DNA from: an uncultured Candidatus Saccharibacteria bacterium
GTDB taxonomy: Bacteria; Patescibacteriota; Minisyncoccia; Phycocordibacterales; UBA9973
DNA: 56,400 nucleotides
Assembly (NCBI GenBank): GCA_964602465.1
Contig: CAZRQQ010000002.1
Location: 1-56,400 of the forward strand
Direction of reading: 5' to 3'
A program made the position numbers and the translations under genes. Below, in pieces: positions 1 to 9,211 of the stretch. The first letter of the stretch is position 1. The number at the start of each line of letters is the position of its first letter. The notes beneath the pieces are model-generated. The model saw nothing but the letters and a program-made list of their open reading frames with translations, did no database searches and had not been told where the DNA came from.

Positions 1-582
1 TTGTTTTATCTTCTACTGAACTTTTTGAAACAGTTTTTTCTTGTGTGTATTGTTTGTTCATTTCGAGCAAGCAGTCAAACCCTTACTGACACGTTACATG
101 AAAAAGTACAAACAGCATTTGCCGTGCTCCGGACGTATCCGCAACTGAAACCATATATTTCATATGAGCGGATGTTTATGTACCCCTTGCCCAGTTTCTT
201 GTACGAGACCGATCTCGGTGTATCGTTTTTGTATGGGGTACCGTATGACTTTACTGAAGCAGGAACTATGCTCAACGCAGCAGAAATTACCGAGCCGTCA
301 CGGATAGTAGTACATGCCTCATTTGTACAAAAGGCAACTAGTAAGGTGTTGATAGCGCAACTTTTATGGGCATTCGTGCATGACAAAGAGCGGAGCGACT
401 CACTTCAATCCTTTGAACAGATGCTCCAGACAGAAATCAATACCGCTACGGTAGTGCTTGGCTTCCTCACCTTTGCATATGAGGGGCAAGATATGACTCC
501 TGATGAACGGCAGTACTATAAGGCACTAGTGCACTATAGTGATCAGTTGCACCAAGAACAGCGTGCACTCATGAAATATTGA
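1..582 (+). CDS. hypothetical protein (5' end at window edge, start uncertain)
   Basis: Open frame from position 1 (TTG) to stop at 582. No recognisable domain. Followed by a hairpin terminator. Confidence 0.4.
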   Translation: MFYLLLNFLKQFFLVCIVCSFRASSQTLTDTLHEKVQTAFAVLRTYPQLKPYISYERMFMYPLPSFLYETDLGVSFLYGVPYDFTEAGTMLNAAEITEPSRIVVHASFVQKATSKVLIAQLLWAFVHDKERSDSLQSFEQMLQTEINTATVVLGFLTFAYEGQDMTPDERQYYKALVHYSDQLHQEQRALMKY

Positions 583-599
583 ATATCGCATATTCTCTC

Positions 600-623
600 A
601 AACCCTTTTCAGAGGGTTTTTTA
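600..623 (+). terminator. rho-independent terminator (aaaccct-tttcag-agggttt + T-run)
   Basis: 7-bp perfect stem with 6-nt loop followed by TTTTTTATTT. A nearly identical module recurs at 12532-12560. Confidence 0.6.
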
Positions 624-719
624 TTTGCAAAAACAGACAATATACAGTACGATGGGGGCCTAAGCGGGGAGCGCTTTTTTTATTACTAAATCTCCACCTC
701 TATATAGGTCAATCCATTT

Positions 720-2861
720 ATGAACCGAGAGTATTCACTCGAAAAAACACGAAACTTTGGGATTATCGCCCACATCGACGCTGGGAAGACCACTACTTCA
801 GAACGCGTCCTCTACTACACCGGCATGTCACACAAAATCGGTGAAGTACACGATGGTGAGACAACCACCGACTGGATGGAGCAGGAGCGCGAACGTGGTA
901 TCACGATTACTGCTGCTGCAGTGTCGTGTACCTGGATCCCAACGTATGCCAATGGTGACAAATCCAAGCGCTACGCGTTTAACATCATCGATACTCCGGG
1001 TCACATCGACTTTACGGTGGAAGTGAAGCGCTCGCTTCGTGTGCTCGACGGTGCAGTCGTCGTCTTTGATGGTGTTGCAGGTGTGGAGCCACAATCAGAA
1101 ACCAACTGGCGCTATGCTGACGAAGCAAATGTGCCTCGTATCTGTTTCGTCAACAAACTCGACCGTACTGGTGCATCATTTGAGCATTCATATAAGACGA
1201 TCCTTGACCGCCTTTCGAAGAAAGCAGTGCGCTATCAGATCCCAATCGGACTTGAAGACAAGCACGAAGGGGTGATCGATCTCCTGCAGATGAAGGCATA
1301 CTACTTTGAGGGCGACATGGGTAACAAGGTCGTGGAAAAGGAAGTACCCGCAGAGTATATGGACGATGCCAAAAAGTATCGTGCAGAGCTCATTGAGCGC
1401 ATTGTCGAAAACGATGAAGCAGCAATGAACGCATATCTTGAAGGTACGGAGCCAAGTCTTGAAGATCTCAAAAAACTCATGCGTAAGGCAGTGATCGCAA
1501 ACCAGATCTTCCCCGTGTTTGCAGGAAGTGCGCTCAAAAACAAAGGTGTACAGCTCGTGCTCGACGCAGTGGTGGACTATCTCCCTGCGCCAACAGATAT
1601 TAAGGCGGTGACTGGAGTACACCCTGATACCGAAGAGCCGCTTGAGCGTCATGCATCTGATAGTGAGCCGTTTTCTGCACTTGCATTTAAGAGCATGAAC
1701 GATCCGTTTGTCGGACAGCTTGTTTTCTTCCGTGTGTATTCAGGTACGGTTGAATCAGGATCATACGTCTACAATCCTCGCACTGGCAACAAAGAACGCC
1801 TCTCTCGTATCGTGCGTATGCAGGCTGATCAGCGACAGGAAATCAAGAAAGTGTTTGCGGGAGAAATCGCTGCAGCGGTGGGGCTTAAAGAGGTGAAAAC
1901 ATCCGACACACTCTGTGATGAGACAAACCCGATCCAGCTCGATCGTATCAAGTTCCCAGAACCAGTGATCAACCTTCGTATCGAACCAAAGACCAAGGCT
2001 GACCAAGAAAAGATGGGTCTTGCGCTCAATCGTCTCGCCGATGAAGATCCAACGTTTAAGGTATCTACTGATCCTGAAACTGAAGAAACGATCATTGCAG
2101 GTATGGGAGAACTCCACCTCGAAATTATCGTGGATCGTATGAAGCGTGAGTTTAATGTAGAAGCAAACGTGGGCAAGCCGCAAGTGGCATACCGCGAAAC
2201 CATCACTGCTGAAGCGCAGGCAGAAGGCAAGTACATCAAGCAGTCCGGAGGTAAGGGTAACTACGGACATGTGAAAATCAAGATCAAGCCAATGGATCAG
2301 ACTGTTGATCCAAAGGATCTTCCCAAGAACGTCAAGCGCGATGGATTCTTTGAATTCATCAACAACATCAAGGGAGGTGCGATCCCGGGTGAATACATTG
2401 CGCCGATCGAAAAGGGTCTCAGAGAAGGACTTGATCGCGGTGTGGTCGCAGGCTTCAAAATGGAAAACGTCTCAGTGGATCTCTACGATGGATCATTCCA
2501 CGAAGTCGACTCAAACGAAATGGCCTTCAAGATCGCCGCATCTATGGCGCTCCAAGATGCTGCAAAGGCTGCAAAGCCGGTCATTCTTGAGCCGATGATG
2601 AAGGTAGAAGTGGTGACTCCAGAGAAATTCATGGGTGATGTGACTGGCTCACTTTCATCTCGCCGAGGTCTTATCGAAGGTATGGAAACTCGCGGTATGA
2701 ACCAAGTGGTCAACGCCGTCGTACCACTCTCAGAAATGTTTGGCTACATGACCTCACTTCGTTCTATGACCGAAGGCCGTGCTGGATTTACGATGGAATT
2801 CTTGAGATACGATATAGTACCTCAAAATGTCGCCGATACTATCATTAAGTCACGCGCCTAA
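720..2861 (+). CDS. fusA: elongation factor G
   Basis: N-terminal GTPase motifs AHIDAGKTT and DTPGHIDF. 713 aa with EF-G domain architecture throughout. Confidence 0.95.
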   Translation: MNREYSLEKTRNFGIIAHIDAGKTTTSERVLYYTGMSHKIGEVHDGETTTDWMEQERERGITITAAAVSCTWIPTYANGDKSKRYAFNIIDTPGHIDFTVEVKRSLRVLDGAVVVFDGVAGVEPQSETNWRYADEANVPRICFVNKLDRTGASFEHSYKTILDRLSKKAVRYQIPIGLEDKHEGVIDLLQMKAYYFEGDMGNKVVEKEVPAEYMDDAKKYRAELIERIVENDEAAMNAYLEGTEPSLEDLKKLMRKAVIANQIFPVFAGSALKNKGVQLVLDAVVDYLPAPTDIKAVTGVHPDTEEPLERHASDSEPFSALAFKSMNDPFVGQLVFFRVYSGTVESGSYVYNPRTGNKERLSRIVRMQADQRQEIKKVFAGEIAAAVGLKEVKTSDTLCDETNPIQLDRIKFPEPVINLRIEPKTKADQEKMGLALNRLADEDPTFKVSTDPETEETIIAGMGELHLEIIVDRMKREFNVEANVGKPQVAYRETITAEAQAEGKYIKQSGGKGNYGHVKIKIKPMDQTVDPKDLPKNVKRDGFFEFINNIKGGAIPGEYIAPIEKGLREGLDRGVVAGFKMENVSVDLYDGSFHEVDSNEMAFKIAASMALQDAAKAAKPVILEPMMKVEVVTPEKFMGDVTGSLSSRRGLIEGMETRGMNQVVNAVVPLSEMFGYMTSLRSMTEGRAGFTMEFLRYDIVPQNVADTIIKSRA

Positions 2862-2901
2862 GCAAAACGCCTGCCCTGCGAAGCTTTGGCGTAGTGGGGT
2901 G

Positions 2902-2931
2902 GCAGATACAATCATCAAATCAAGAGCGTAA
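2902..2931 (+). repeat. synonymous duplicate of the last 9 codons of fusA (ADTIIKSRA-stop)
   Basis: gca gat aca atc atc aaa tca aga gcg taa encodes the same peptide as fusA 2832-2861. It differs at 10 nt, all synonymous. Confidence 0.7.
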
Positions 2932-2945
2932 TACTCTCACAAAAG

Positions 2946-2967
2946 ATCCCTGAAAGGGGATTTTTTG
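2946..2967 (+). terminator. rho-independent terminator after fusA
   Basis: atccc-tgaaag-gggat hairpin followed by TTTTTT. Confidence 0.6.
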
Positions 2968-2968
2968 A

Positions 2969-2996
2969 TTGACAAAAATATAAAACCTGATACAAT
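2969..2996 (+). promoter_or_regulatory. sigma70-like promoter (TTGACA-16-TACAAT) for cassette ORF 3021
   Basis: Consensus -35 and near-consensus -10 elements. A 23-nt block TTGACAAAAATATAAAA is shared with 10114-10142. Confidence 0.5.
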
Positions 2997-3020
2997 AAAG
3001 CAAAAGCACAAGTAACAATT

Positions 3021-3512
3021 ATGAAGGAAGCAGAATCACTACTGACCCTCCCCAGGGTTATTTTTAACTCGATTGAACGGGTATGGATTACCGTAGAAAT
3101 GTTTGAGCCTGAATTGCTTAAAAACCATATCAGGTTTCAAAAACAAACGATCAACCTTCATGGAACACTATTTACTATTGCAGTATTGGAACAACAGTAC
3201 GCATTTGGAAAAGGTGTTTATGAATGTCAGTCCTTATACGGATTTGAACTATCCAAAGAAGAAAGAACTGCAATGTTGTTTCATTACCATGGTATTAAGG
3301 CAAACACAGAGCGTCCGTTGGTCGATCAATTTAAATTTGAGATCTACAACAATGACGCAAAGTATCAGCCGCTGTATCGTTGTGTTGAAGATCTTGCACG
3401 GCGTGCAGTTCGTAGAATATTATCTACTACTGCTGACATAACTAAGTCAAATGGGGTAATCATTCCGCTTTCTTTATCGGTTAAAGAAAAAAGAGAATTA
3501 GTAGCTGTATAG
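3021..3512 (+). CDS. hypothetical protein (AT-rich cassette between fusA and tuf)
   Basis: 163-aa ORF with its own promoter and terminator. No recognisable domain. Confidence 0.5.
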   Translation: MKEAESLLTLPRVIFNSIERVWITVEMFEPELLKNHIRFQKQTINLHGTLFTIAVLEQQYAFGKGVYECQSLYGFELSKEERTAMLFHYHGIKANTERPLVDQFKFEIYNNDAKYQPLYRCVEDLARRAVRRILSTTADITKSNGVIIPLSLSVKEKRELVAV

Positions 3513-3525
3513 ACAGTTACTACAC

Positions 3526-3560
3526 AGCCAGGTATGCACTAACCATACCTGGCTTTTTTA
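3526..3560 (+). terminator. rho-independent terminator
   Basis: agccaggtatg...catacctggct 11-bp stem followed by TTTTTT. Confidence 0.6.
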
Positions 3561-3588
3561 TTGACAATCGCTTCCCAAATGCTATCAT
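3561..3588 (+). promoter_or_regulatory. promoter TTGACA-16-TATCAT upstream of tuf
   Basis: Consensus -35 immediately after the terminator. 16-nt spacer. Confidence 0.45.
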
Positions 3589-3645
3589 GAGGGACACGCA
3601 TTTTGCGTTGTTTTTGTTTGTTTATTAGCTTAGTTCAATATTTAT

Positions 3646-4836
3646 ATGGCAGATGTATTTAAGAGAGACAAGCCACACGTAAACGTTGGTACCATCGGTC
3701 ACGTTGACCACGGAAAGACCACACTTACGGCGGCAATCCTCCATGTTTTGAACATGAAGGGAAACCAGGTGAAGCTCAAGAAGGTTGATGAAATCGACGG
3801 AGCGCCTGAAGAAAAGGCACGTGGTATTACGATTAACATTTCGCACAACGAGTACGAAACGGAGAAGCGCCACTACGCGCACATCGACGCTCCAGGTCAC
3901 GCCGACTACATCAAGAACATGATTACCGGTGCGGCTCAGATGGACGGTGCAATCATTGTGGTTGCAGCGACTGATGGTGCAATGCCACAGACTCGTGAAC
4001 ACATCCTTCTTGCAAAGCAGGTGGGTGTACCAAAGATCATCGTGTTCCTCAACAAGTGCGACATGGTTGATGACAAGGATATGATCGACCTCGTGGAAGA
4101 AGAAATCCGTGAAATCCTCGCAAAACAAGGATTTGATAAGGATTGTCCTGTGATCCGTGGTTCAGGTCTTAAGGCTCTTGAGTCTACAAGTCTTGATGAT
4201 CCATGGGCACAGAAAGTTGTAGAGCTTGCAGATGCACTCGACACCTACATTCCAGAACCAGTTCGTGACCTCGACAAGCCATTCCTTATGCCGATCGAAG
4301 ACATCTTCTCAATCGAAGGACGTGGAACTGTTGTTACTGGTCGTATCGAACGCGGTATCGTCAAAGTTGGTGAAGATATCGAAATCGTCGGTATCAAGGA
4401 CACACAGAAAACTACCGTGACTGGTGTTGAAATGTTCAACAAGTCACTCGATCAGGGTCAGGCAGGTGACAACGCAGGTATTCTCCTCCGTGGTGTCAAG
4501 AAAGAAGACCTTACTCGTGGTCAGGTCCTTTGCAAACCTGGTTCAGTGAAGCCGCACACAGAATTCGAAGGTGAAGTCTACGTCCTCAAAAAGGAAGAAG
4601 GTGGACGTCACACTCCATTCGTCAACGGCTACAAGCCTCAGTTCTACGTTCGTACCACGGACGTGACTGGTGAAGTTACTCTCCCAGCCGGAACTGAAAT
4701 GGTTATGCCAGGTGACACCGTCAAAGTGACCGTGAAGCTCGTCGTACCAGTTGCGATGGAAGACCAGATGCGCTTTGCAATCCGTGAAGGTGGCCGCACA
4801 GTCGGTGCAGGTGTCGTAACCAAGATTATTGCGTAA
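3646..4836 (+). CDS. tuf: elongation factor Tu
   Basis: [13 protein letters not shown] and DAPGHADY motifs. 396 aa, canonical EF-Tu. Confidence 0.97.
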   Translation: MADVFKRDKPHVNVGTIGHVDHGKTTLTAAILHVLNMKGNQVKLKKVDEIDGAPEEKARGITINISHNEYETEKRHYAHIDAPGHADYIKNMITGAAQMDGAIIVVAATDGAMPQTREHILLAKQVGVPKIIVFLNKCDMVDDKDMIDLVEEEIREILAKQGFDKDCPVIRGSGLKALESTSLDDPWAQKVVELADALDTYIPEPVRDLDKPFLMPIEDIFSIEGRGTVVTGRIERGIVKVGEDIEIVGIKDTQKTTVTGVEMFNKSLDQGQAGDNAGILLRGVKKEDLTRGQVLCKPGSVKPHTEFEGEVYVLKKEEGGRHTPFVNGYKPQFYVRTTDVTGEVTLPAGTEMVMPGDTVKVTVKLVVPVAMEDQMRFAIREGGRTVGAGVVTKIIA

Positions 4837-4925
4837 GTAAAACTAATGGTGGCGTAAGAGGGACTGATCAGTAGAAACATAAGAACCCACAATCATCATC
4901 CCAAAACCTACCGAGTTCATTCACT

Positions 4926-5285
4926 ATGGCAACAAAAACACCAGCAAAGAAATCAAAGGCAGCTGCCGCAGGAGACGTGCAATCAATGCTCCGTATCCGC
5001 GTACGCGCCTATGAAAACAAAATTCTTGATGCTTCGGTAAAGCAAATCGTTGATACTGCTATTCGCCACGATGCGATGGTACGTGGTCCGATCCCGCTTC
5101 CAACTGAAATCAAGAAGTACACCGTCAATCGCTCTCCGTTCATCTACAAAAACGCCCGTGAGCAATTTGAGATGCGCGTACACAAGCGATTGATCGACAT
5201 CGTCAATCCCGCACCCAAAGTCATCGAGGCTCTCACGAACCTCTCGATGCCAAGTGGTGTCGATATCGACGTGAAGATGATGTAG
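4926..5285 (+). CDS. rpsJ: 30S ribosomal protein S10
   Basis: IRVRAYE...LPTE...FTV.RSP signature. Position after tuf. Confidence 0.9.
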   Translation: MATKTPAKKSKAAAAGDVQSMLRIRVRAYENKILDASVKQIVDTAIRHDAMVRGPIPLPTEIKKYTVNRSPFIYKNAREQFEMRVHKRLIDIVNPAPKVIEALTNLSMPSGVDIDVKMM

Positions 5286-5305
5286 CCTTCGGCTCCATCA
5301 AACAA

Positions 5306-5334
5306 AAAACCTCCCAGATCTGGGAGGTTTTTTG
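5306..5334 (+). terminator. rho-independent terminator after rpsJ
   Basis: aaaacctccca-gatc-tgggaggtttt followed by a T-run. Confidence 0.65.
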
Positions 5335-5344
5335 CTTTAGAAAA

Positions 5345-5767
5345 ATGTTAAGTTTATATCTATACACTACTCAGATGAATAAAAAAGATTATGCAGTTTG
5401 GGGCACTATAAAAACAAATGTTCACAACAACAAAGAGCGACCGTTCTTCCACGAACGTGAAGTGTGGTTCTGCACACTTGGTGAAAATGTTGGATTTGAG
5501 CAAGATGGGAGAGGAGAAAACTACCTACGACCAGTGGTTGTTGTGAGGAAATTTAATAACGCAGTTTGTCTTGTTGTGCCTTTAACCAAAAATCAAAAGA
5601 AAGGAATACATTACTTTTCTTTTTCATATAAAGATGATCTCGTAAGTACTGCCATTCTTTCCCAGGTTCGTCTTATCGATGCAAAGCGTCTTGATTATAA
5701 ATCAGGATTTATTTCAGAAACTGATTTTGAAGCCCTAAAACAAAAACTCAAGCAATTGATTGCCTGA
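5345..5767 (+). CDS. PemK/MazF-fold toxin-like protein (start may be 5375)
   Basis: [31 protein letters not shown]...[13 protein letters not shown]...RLIDAKRL matches the Kid/PemK/MazF motif pattern (RPVL(I/V)V, VVPVTS). No antitoxin ORF is visible upstream. Confidence 0.5.
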   Translation: MLSLYLYTTQMNKKDYAVWGTIKTNVHNNKERPFFHEREVWFCTLGENVGFEQDGRGENYLRPVVVVRKFNNAVCLVVPLTKNQKKGIHYFSFSYKDDLVSTAILSQVRLIDAKRLDYKSGFISETDFEALKQKLKQLIA

Positions 5768-5956
5768 GTTTTTGACTTTTTACCCCGAAGGGAGGGCCGA
5801 AGCCATTTGTACCAATAGTATATTCCTTCCATTAAAACAAGTCAATTTTCCCCGAAGGGAACGTGGGTAGTCCCAAATGCATATCTAGTATATCAAATTC
5901 CCCGAAAGTGGATTTTTTGTTTCCCCAAAAATTTTGTATAGTACACAAAAACATCT

Positions 5957-6169
5957 ATGCCAACAAAGAGACAGTTGTGGCAAAATTGGGCATCTGAATT
6001 TGAATATTTTAGAGGACAAGATCCCAGGACATATCAACCAAAAGGTCCAGTGTCAATGACGGGAGAAGTAATCGGTACTATCCAGATTAACCCGGCCACT
6101 GGAGATTTGAGGATCATTCCTACTCCTCCTTCCTCAACTGAAGAAGATTCCCAACCAATAAACCCCTAA
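5957..6169 (+). CDS. hypothetical small protein (C-terminus ...SQPINP)
   Basis: 70-aa ORF. Its C-terminus and the downstream ~60 bp are repeated at the next gene's end. Confidence 0.3.
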   Translation: MPTKRQLWQNWASEFEYFRGQDPRTYQPKGPVSMTGEVIGTIQINPATGDLRIIPTPPSSTEEDSQPINP

Positions 6170-6226
6170 CACCGGTTTGTTTTTGCTTTTGGAGAACGGT
6201 GTGCTAGGGTAAGTAAAAAATACACA

Positions 6227-6820
6227 ATGTTCAAATTATTCAAATTACATCAGTACGGTAATGACACGTACTATGCAATCATATGTAGCAACCCACTTTC
6301 AGAGGAGTTACTCCAGAAGCTGAAAGAGGTATTTGAAAAACTATCTTCTCTTTCGCAACAGGAATATGACCATGTATGGTTTAGGGTGTCGGGTTTTTTT
6401 AAAGAATTCACTGACAGCACCTGCAATGGCCTTGTTCATGAGACTTGCTCGCACCCACTCAATGAGGGAGCAAACTTTGATGAGGCAATACGTCCTTGGC
6501 AAAAATATGATTACGTAAACAAAAAGTACGTAGACTGGTATGGACCACTCATGACCAAAGGAGATCAGGATGAAGAGTTCAAAGCCGCGTACGAGTTTTC
6601 ATACCATGCATCTTTTCGGTCGTCACTACTTGCCGCAGGAGTTCCTGAAAAGGATATAGAAAAAAGTATTATCTTTGAGGTGACCGATTGCCGTGACTGC
6701 TACGAAACGAATCCATTTGATTTTGCACAGTGGGTACTAAAACAAACAAAATCGTTGGAATATATCAATGCACTACTTCTACCACCTGCTTCGCAGAGTA
6801 CTGAACCAACAAACCCTTAA
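6227..6820 (+). CDS. hypothetical protein (C-terminus ...STEPTNP)
   Basis: 197-aa ORF. No recognised domain. Confidence 0.45.
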   Translation: MFKLFKLHQYGNDTYYAIICSNPLSEELLQKLKEVFEKLSSLSQQEYDHVWFRVSGFFKEFTDSTCNGLVHETCSHPLNEGANFDEAIRPWQKYDYVNKKYVDWYGPLMTKGDQDEEFKAAYEFSYHASFRSSLLAAGVPEKDIEKSIIFEVTDCRDCYETNPFDFAQWVLKQTKSLEYINALLLPPASQSTEPTNP

Positions 6821-6872
6821 CACCGGTTTGTTTTTTGTTACAGAAATGGTAGGGTAAGGAAAACTCATTACA

Positions 6873-7394
6873 ATGAAAGATATATTAAAGAAATTACGTT
6901 TTCCGATGCTTATATCGGCACTACTCATCTGGCCGCTGTTTGATGACTTCTTTACCAATACATCGCCTGAACTTATAGACTTTGCCCAATCAAATCGTGG
7001 TATAGCACTACGAATGTTGCTTGCAACGATAGGTTTTTTGATCGCATGTTGGAGGCTGCTAGGTATAACCTCAAAGGTCACTCGAGTATTCCCCCGATAC
7101 CCTGCGTATCGGATAGGGTGGGATGATTTTACAGTAGTGATTATTCTTTTAGGATTCGCACTACTTGTTGCCTCACTGGTAGTAGTAGTGGCCCTACTTA
7201 AAGATGTATATTTCAATACCCATCCAGGAATAGTAATAGTTAAAATTGTATACCCTTGGGCAGTAGGCAGCTGCTATGTTCTTATTGGTATTTTTGAGTA
7301 TAAGTATCCATTACTTCTCAAACAGTACGAACGACCAAATATAAGCAGAAGAGAAATCGATAAGATCCTCAAATATAAAAGCATTTTGCGGTAA
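6873..7394 (+). CDS. hypothetical membrane protein
   Basis: 173 aa with several hydrophobic helices. Confidence 0.45.
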   Translation: MKDILKKLRFPMLISALLIWPLFDDFFTNTSPELIDFAQSNRGIALRMLLATIGFLIACWRLLGITSKVTRVFPRYPAYRIGWDDFTVVIILLGFALLVASLVVVVALLKDVYFNTHPGIVIVKIVYPWAVGSCYVLIGIFEYKYPLLLKQYERPNISRREIDKILKYKSILR

Positions 7395-7407
7395 CTGAGA
7401 AAGATAT

Positions 7408-7431
7408 ATCCCCTGAAACGGGGATTTTTTA
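7408..7431 (+). terminator. rho-independent terminator
   Basis: atcccc-tgaaac-ggggat followed by TTTTTT. Confidence 0.6.
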
Positions 7432-7438
7432 TACTCAC

Positions 7439-7466
7439 TTGCGCAATTTTTGATCCCGTGTATAAT
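7439..7466 (+). promoter_or_regulatory. promoter TTGCGC-16-TATAAT restarting the S10 operon at rplC
   Basis: Consensus -10 TATAAT. Located between the cassette terminator and rplC. Confidence 0.45.
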
Positions 7467-7522
7467 CTCGGGACATTTAAAAGATCCCAAAGATCCTAAA
7501 GAATGGTCCAATACCCGCCCAG

Positions 7523-8164
7523 GTGGCGAGCAAGAACATGAAATTTATCGTCGGAACAAAACTCAATATGACGCAGCGCTTTGATGAAAAAGGCGTCGTA
7601 ACCCCTGTGACGGCTATTCTAGTACCGGCAAATACCATCACGGCGATCAAGACCCTCGAAAAGGACGGCTATAGTGCTGTTCAGGTCGGCTATGGCGAAC
7701 AGAAGGAGTCTCGCGTAAACGCGGCTCAGCTTAAGGCTACCGGTGGGAAAGCGTACGAAGGCATGAAGGAATTTCGCCTTGATGCTTCGGTAGCAAAAGA
7801 ATTTAGCAGCGGAGTAGGAGACGCAGTTGAGCTCTCAGCGTTTGCAGCAGGCGATCAGGTGATCGTAACTGGCACTTCAAAGAGTAAGGGCTTTCAGGGT
7901 GTGGTCAAGCGACATGGATTCCATGGTGGTCCTCGTTCACACGGTCAGAAGCATTCAGAACGCGAACCGGGCTCTATCGGTGGTGGTCCAGGACGTGCCG
8001 GAGGACGCGTGGTCAAAGGCATGCGCATGGCGGGACGCACTGGTGGTGACACGGTCACTGTCAAAGGTCTCAAGATCGTTGCAATCGAAGACGGCATGCT
8101 CTATATCAGTGGTGCTGTCCCTGGTCGTCGCGGCACACTCGTTAGTATCGTGAGTATGAGTTAA
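7523..8164 (+). CDS. rplC: 50S ribosomal protein L3
   Basis: L3 signature (KGKGFQGV.KRHGF.GG..SHG). Operon position. Confidence 0.93.
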   Translation: MASKNMKFIVGTKLNMTQRFDEKGVVTPVTAILVPANTITAIKTLEKDGYSAVQVGYGEQKESRVNAAQLKATGGKAYEGMKEFRLDASVAKEFSSGVGDAVELSAFAAGDQVIVTGTSKSKGFQGVVKRHGFHGGPRSHGQKHSEREPGSIGGGPGRAGGRVVKGMRMAGRTGGDTVTVKGLKIVAIEDGMLYISGAVPGRRGTLVSIVSMS

Positions 8165-8168
8165 TCCT

Positions 8169-8879
8169 ATGGCTACCAAAACTACTACAACCAAAAAAGC
8201 AAAAACTCCCGTATCACTCGATGCAGCTATTTACTCACAAAAGGGTGCAAAGGTTGGATCAATAGCGCTTCCTGAAAAGGTATTTGGCCTCAAGTGGAAT
8301 GCAAACCTCGTGCACGATGTAGTCATCGGCATGATGTCCAACAAGCGTGCAGGTACGGCACACACCAAGGATCGTTCAGAGGTGAGTGGTGGAGGCAAGA
8401 AGCCATGGAAACAAAAGGGAACTGGTCGCGCACGTCACGGCTCTACTCGCTCACCAATCTGGGTTGGCGGTGGTACGACGTTCGGTCCACGCAACGACAA
8501 AGATTACTCCAAGAAGATCAACAAAAAGACTCGCGTCAAAGCGCTCTTTACGGTCCTTTCACATCAATACGCAGGTGGCGCAGTCCTCTTTGTGGACACA
8601 CTCAGTCTCAGTGCGATCAAGACCAAAGATGCGCAGGCAGTGATCAAATCTCTCGCAAAGGTTGAAGGCTTCGACAAAATTGATTCAGAAAAGCGCACTG
8701 GTACACTCATGGTGCTTCCAGAAATCACTGAAACAGTTGCAAAGAGTTTTGCAAACCTTCCAGGCGTAACGCTTACCAAAGCTGCTGACCTCAATGCGCT
8801 CACGCTCGCTACCTACCGCCACATCGTGATGGTTGATCCGAGTGCGCTCGTACCAGTGCTTGAGGCAAAGATGAAATAA
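8169..8879 (+). CDS. rplD: 50S ribosomal protein L4
   Basis: KKPWKQKGTGRARHGS motif. Confidence 0.9.
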   Translation: MATKTTTTKKAKTPVSLDAAIYSQKGAKVGSIALPEKVFGLKWNANLVHDVVIGMMSNKRAGTAHTKDRSEVSGGGKKPWKQKGTGRARHGSTRSPIWVGGGTTFGPRNDKDYSKKINKKTRVKALFTVLSHQYAGGAVLFVDTLSLSAIKTKDAQAVIKSLAKVEGFDKIDSEKRTGTLMVLPEITETVAKSFANLPGVTLTKAADLNALTLATYRHIVMVDPSALVPVLEAKMK

Positions 8880-8885
8880 AATTGT

Positions 8886-9203
8886 ATGGACAAAAAAGAC
8901 ACAACTAAAAAGGAAGCAGAAACAAAAGTAGTGACAACTACAGTGTTGAAACACCCTCGTATCACCGAAAAGGCGGCAAAGGCAGCACAGACCAACACGT
9001 ATCTTTTCTCTGTGGCAGTTGGCGCAACCAAGAACGAAATCGCAAAGGCATTTGCAGCGCAGTACAAACACAAGCCAACAAGAGTAAATATCGTGAACGT
9101 AAAGCCCAAGGTATACCGCCGACGCGGCAAGCTCGGAGTCGGGTCACGTCTCAAAAAGGCGTATGTGACCTTGCCAAAGGGGACAACTATTGAAATCATG
9201 TAA
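8886..9203 (+). CDS. rplW: 50S ribosomal protein L23
   Basis: Size, position and the L23-like core (HPRITEKA...NTYLFSV). Confidence 0.85.
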   Translation: MDKKDTTKKEAETKVVTTTVLKHPRITEKAAKAAQTNTYLFSVAVGATKNEIAKAFAAQYKHKPTRVNIVNVKPKVYRRRGKLGVGSRLKKAYVTLPKGTTIEIM

Positions 9204-9211
9204 TCACTTGT

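Noticed and set aside
828-4244. Numerous 60-170-aa ORFs antisense to or nested within fusA and tuf (e.g. 1188-1652, 1761-2270, 3625-4128)
   Set aside because: They lie inside strongly supported conserved genes. Their products are Ser/Arg/Cys-rich, typical of out-of-frame translation, and have no independent signals.
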